Below are positions 62,803-64,000 of a stretch of 64,000 nucleotides of DNA, piece by piece. Position 1 is the first letter of the stretch. The number at the start of each line of letters is the position of its first letter. Both the position numbers and the translations under genes were made by a program. The notes beneath the pieces are model-generated. The model had not been told where the DNA came from, did not search any database, and was given only the letters and a program-made list of their open reading frames with translations. This DNA comes from Marsupella aquatica (Eukaryota > Plantae > Marchantiophyta): contig OZ316898.1 of NCBI GenBank assembly GCA_973895155.1, positions 11,183,187 to 11,247,186 of the forward strand, read 5' to 3'.

Positions 62803-62965
62803 TTATGGCATGGCGCCCCAAAAATTACGTTGCTTTTGCCACAAACATGAATGAGCACTTTTGTACCATCAAAAATAGGATTGTTCCTGTTTGTGGCTGG
62901 TTGTGCTGATGTGGCGCAACCTCATGGTAGGGAATTTGCAAGGGACCTCTCATGGGGGTCTGTAA
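62803..62965 (-). mobile_element. Dispersed repeat family A, copy 5
   Basis: Ends ggaatttgcaagggacctctcatgggggtctgtaa and shares ggcatggcg and cacaaacatgaatg with the other copies. Confidence 0.72.
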
Positions 62966-64000
62966 ATACTTAATGATTACTCAAACAAGGCCTAAACAAA
63001 AATGTAGCCAGGGGGTCCACGGACTAATTGAGTGTGTGCAGGTATGCTTGTGCCTGTAGAATCTGAAGGGGGTCAGGTTTAGGGAATTCTTTATTGAACA
63101 TGAAAAATCATTAATAATTGCATCTTAATTGTAAACTACATGCAATTGTTTTGACATTGCCATATGCTCTTAGCTTATGTAATTCAGAAAGAGGATACGA
63201 GCATTACATGAAACTAAAGCATGAATAGACCTCCACGTTGTCTCTGAAGCCCAGATGGAATGGCAAAGCTTGGATGGACTTGCTCAGAACATATTTACTG
63301 ACTCAGATTACACTGTTTACACTTTTGACTGAAATGTGACATGTAAATGGTGTCCTTACCATTTGCAGCCGGTTACAATTACATTATACATAGAATCGGT
63401 TTACGGGGTACCTTGATGACTTGACTACTTTGAACCTGAACGACATGAAGACGTCATGCCATTACTCAATATCACAATGAAGTCTTGACTACTTTCTCCC
63501 CAAGGTAGTCAAAGTCATCAGCTGCTATTTGCGATCTGCAACCAGCTTCTGTTTTGGTGTAAAATTGATGATTGCTTTATGTAGTCCATGGGGATGGACA
63601 AGGACATATCTGGGCTTTTGTTTTGCATAACAGGGATAGTTTAATTAAATTTGCCTATTTTTAAAATTATTAATTGTAACAAGGGAAATAACAAAGGGTA
63701 ATCAGGGGAGAGGGTCTATAAAGGAATTTTTTCTATTCAAATATCTTAGCTTGATTATATGATTGTGATAATTGATGTATATTCTTCAACTCATTCCCCC
63801 TTGCTAAACTTGTACACCCAATAAATGGCCACAATGATAACATGACCCCAATGGCTGTATGGCAACACCAACATAGCGGCAATGAGGCATTGGATGACGC
63901 AACAACTTGGTTGCCTCTCCTGCAACTAGTTACCTACAGTAGTTTTGACATTTTTGTGCACCTCATGGACTTTGGGGAAGTGAAAAAATAAAAGAGGAGA

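Overview
This is eukaryotic nuclear DNA from a land plant; GT-AG introns, gene content and repeat style suggest a bryophyte such as a liverwort (inference). The first ~20 kb is gene-dense. I assembled four spliced genes by hand: a CUSTOS-like unknown protein (+), a twin-CX9C Mic19/CHCHD3-like protein (-), the AP-2 sigma subunit (+), and an 8-exon CrtI-type (bacterial/fungal-style) phytoene desaturase with a putative plastid transit peptide (+). A probable first exon of a fifth gene runs off the left edge. The remaining ~44 kb has no recognisable intact host gene. It holds MITEs (Mutator-, PIF/Harbinger- and Stowaway-like), a dispersed hairpin-ended repeat family, a probable tRNA-derived SINE, a calmodulin-like gene fragment, a solo LTR, and a 3'-truncated Ty1/copia element whose gag and pol are in one frame separated by a single TGA. 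The most notable item is the intron-containing CrtI-type desaturase, which could be a second carotenoid desaturation route alongside the canonical plant PDS/Z-ISO/ZDS/CRTISO pathway. All calls come from reading the sequence; no database searches were run.
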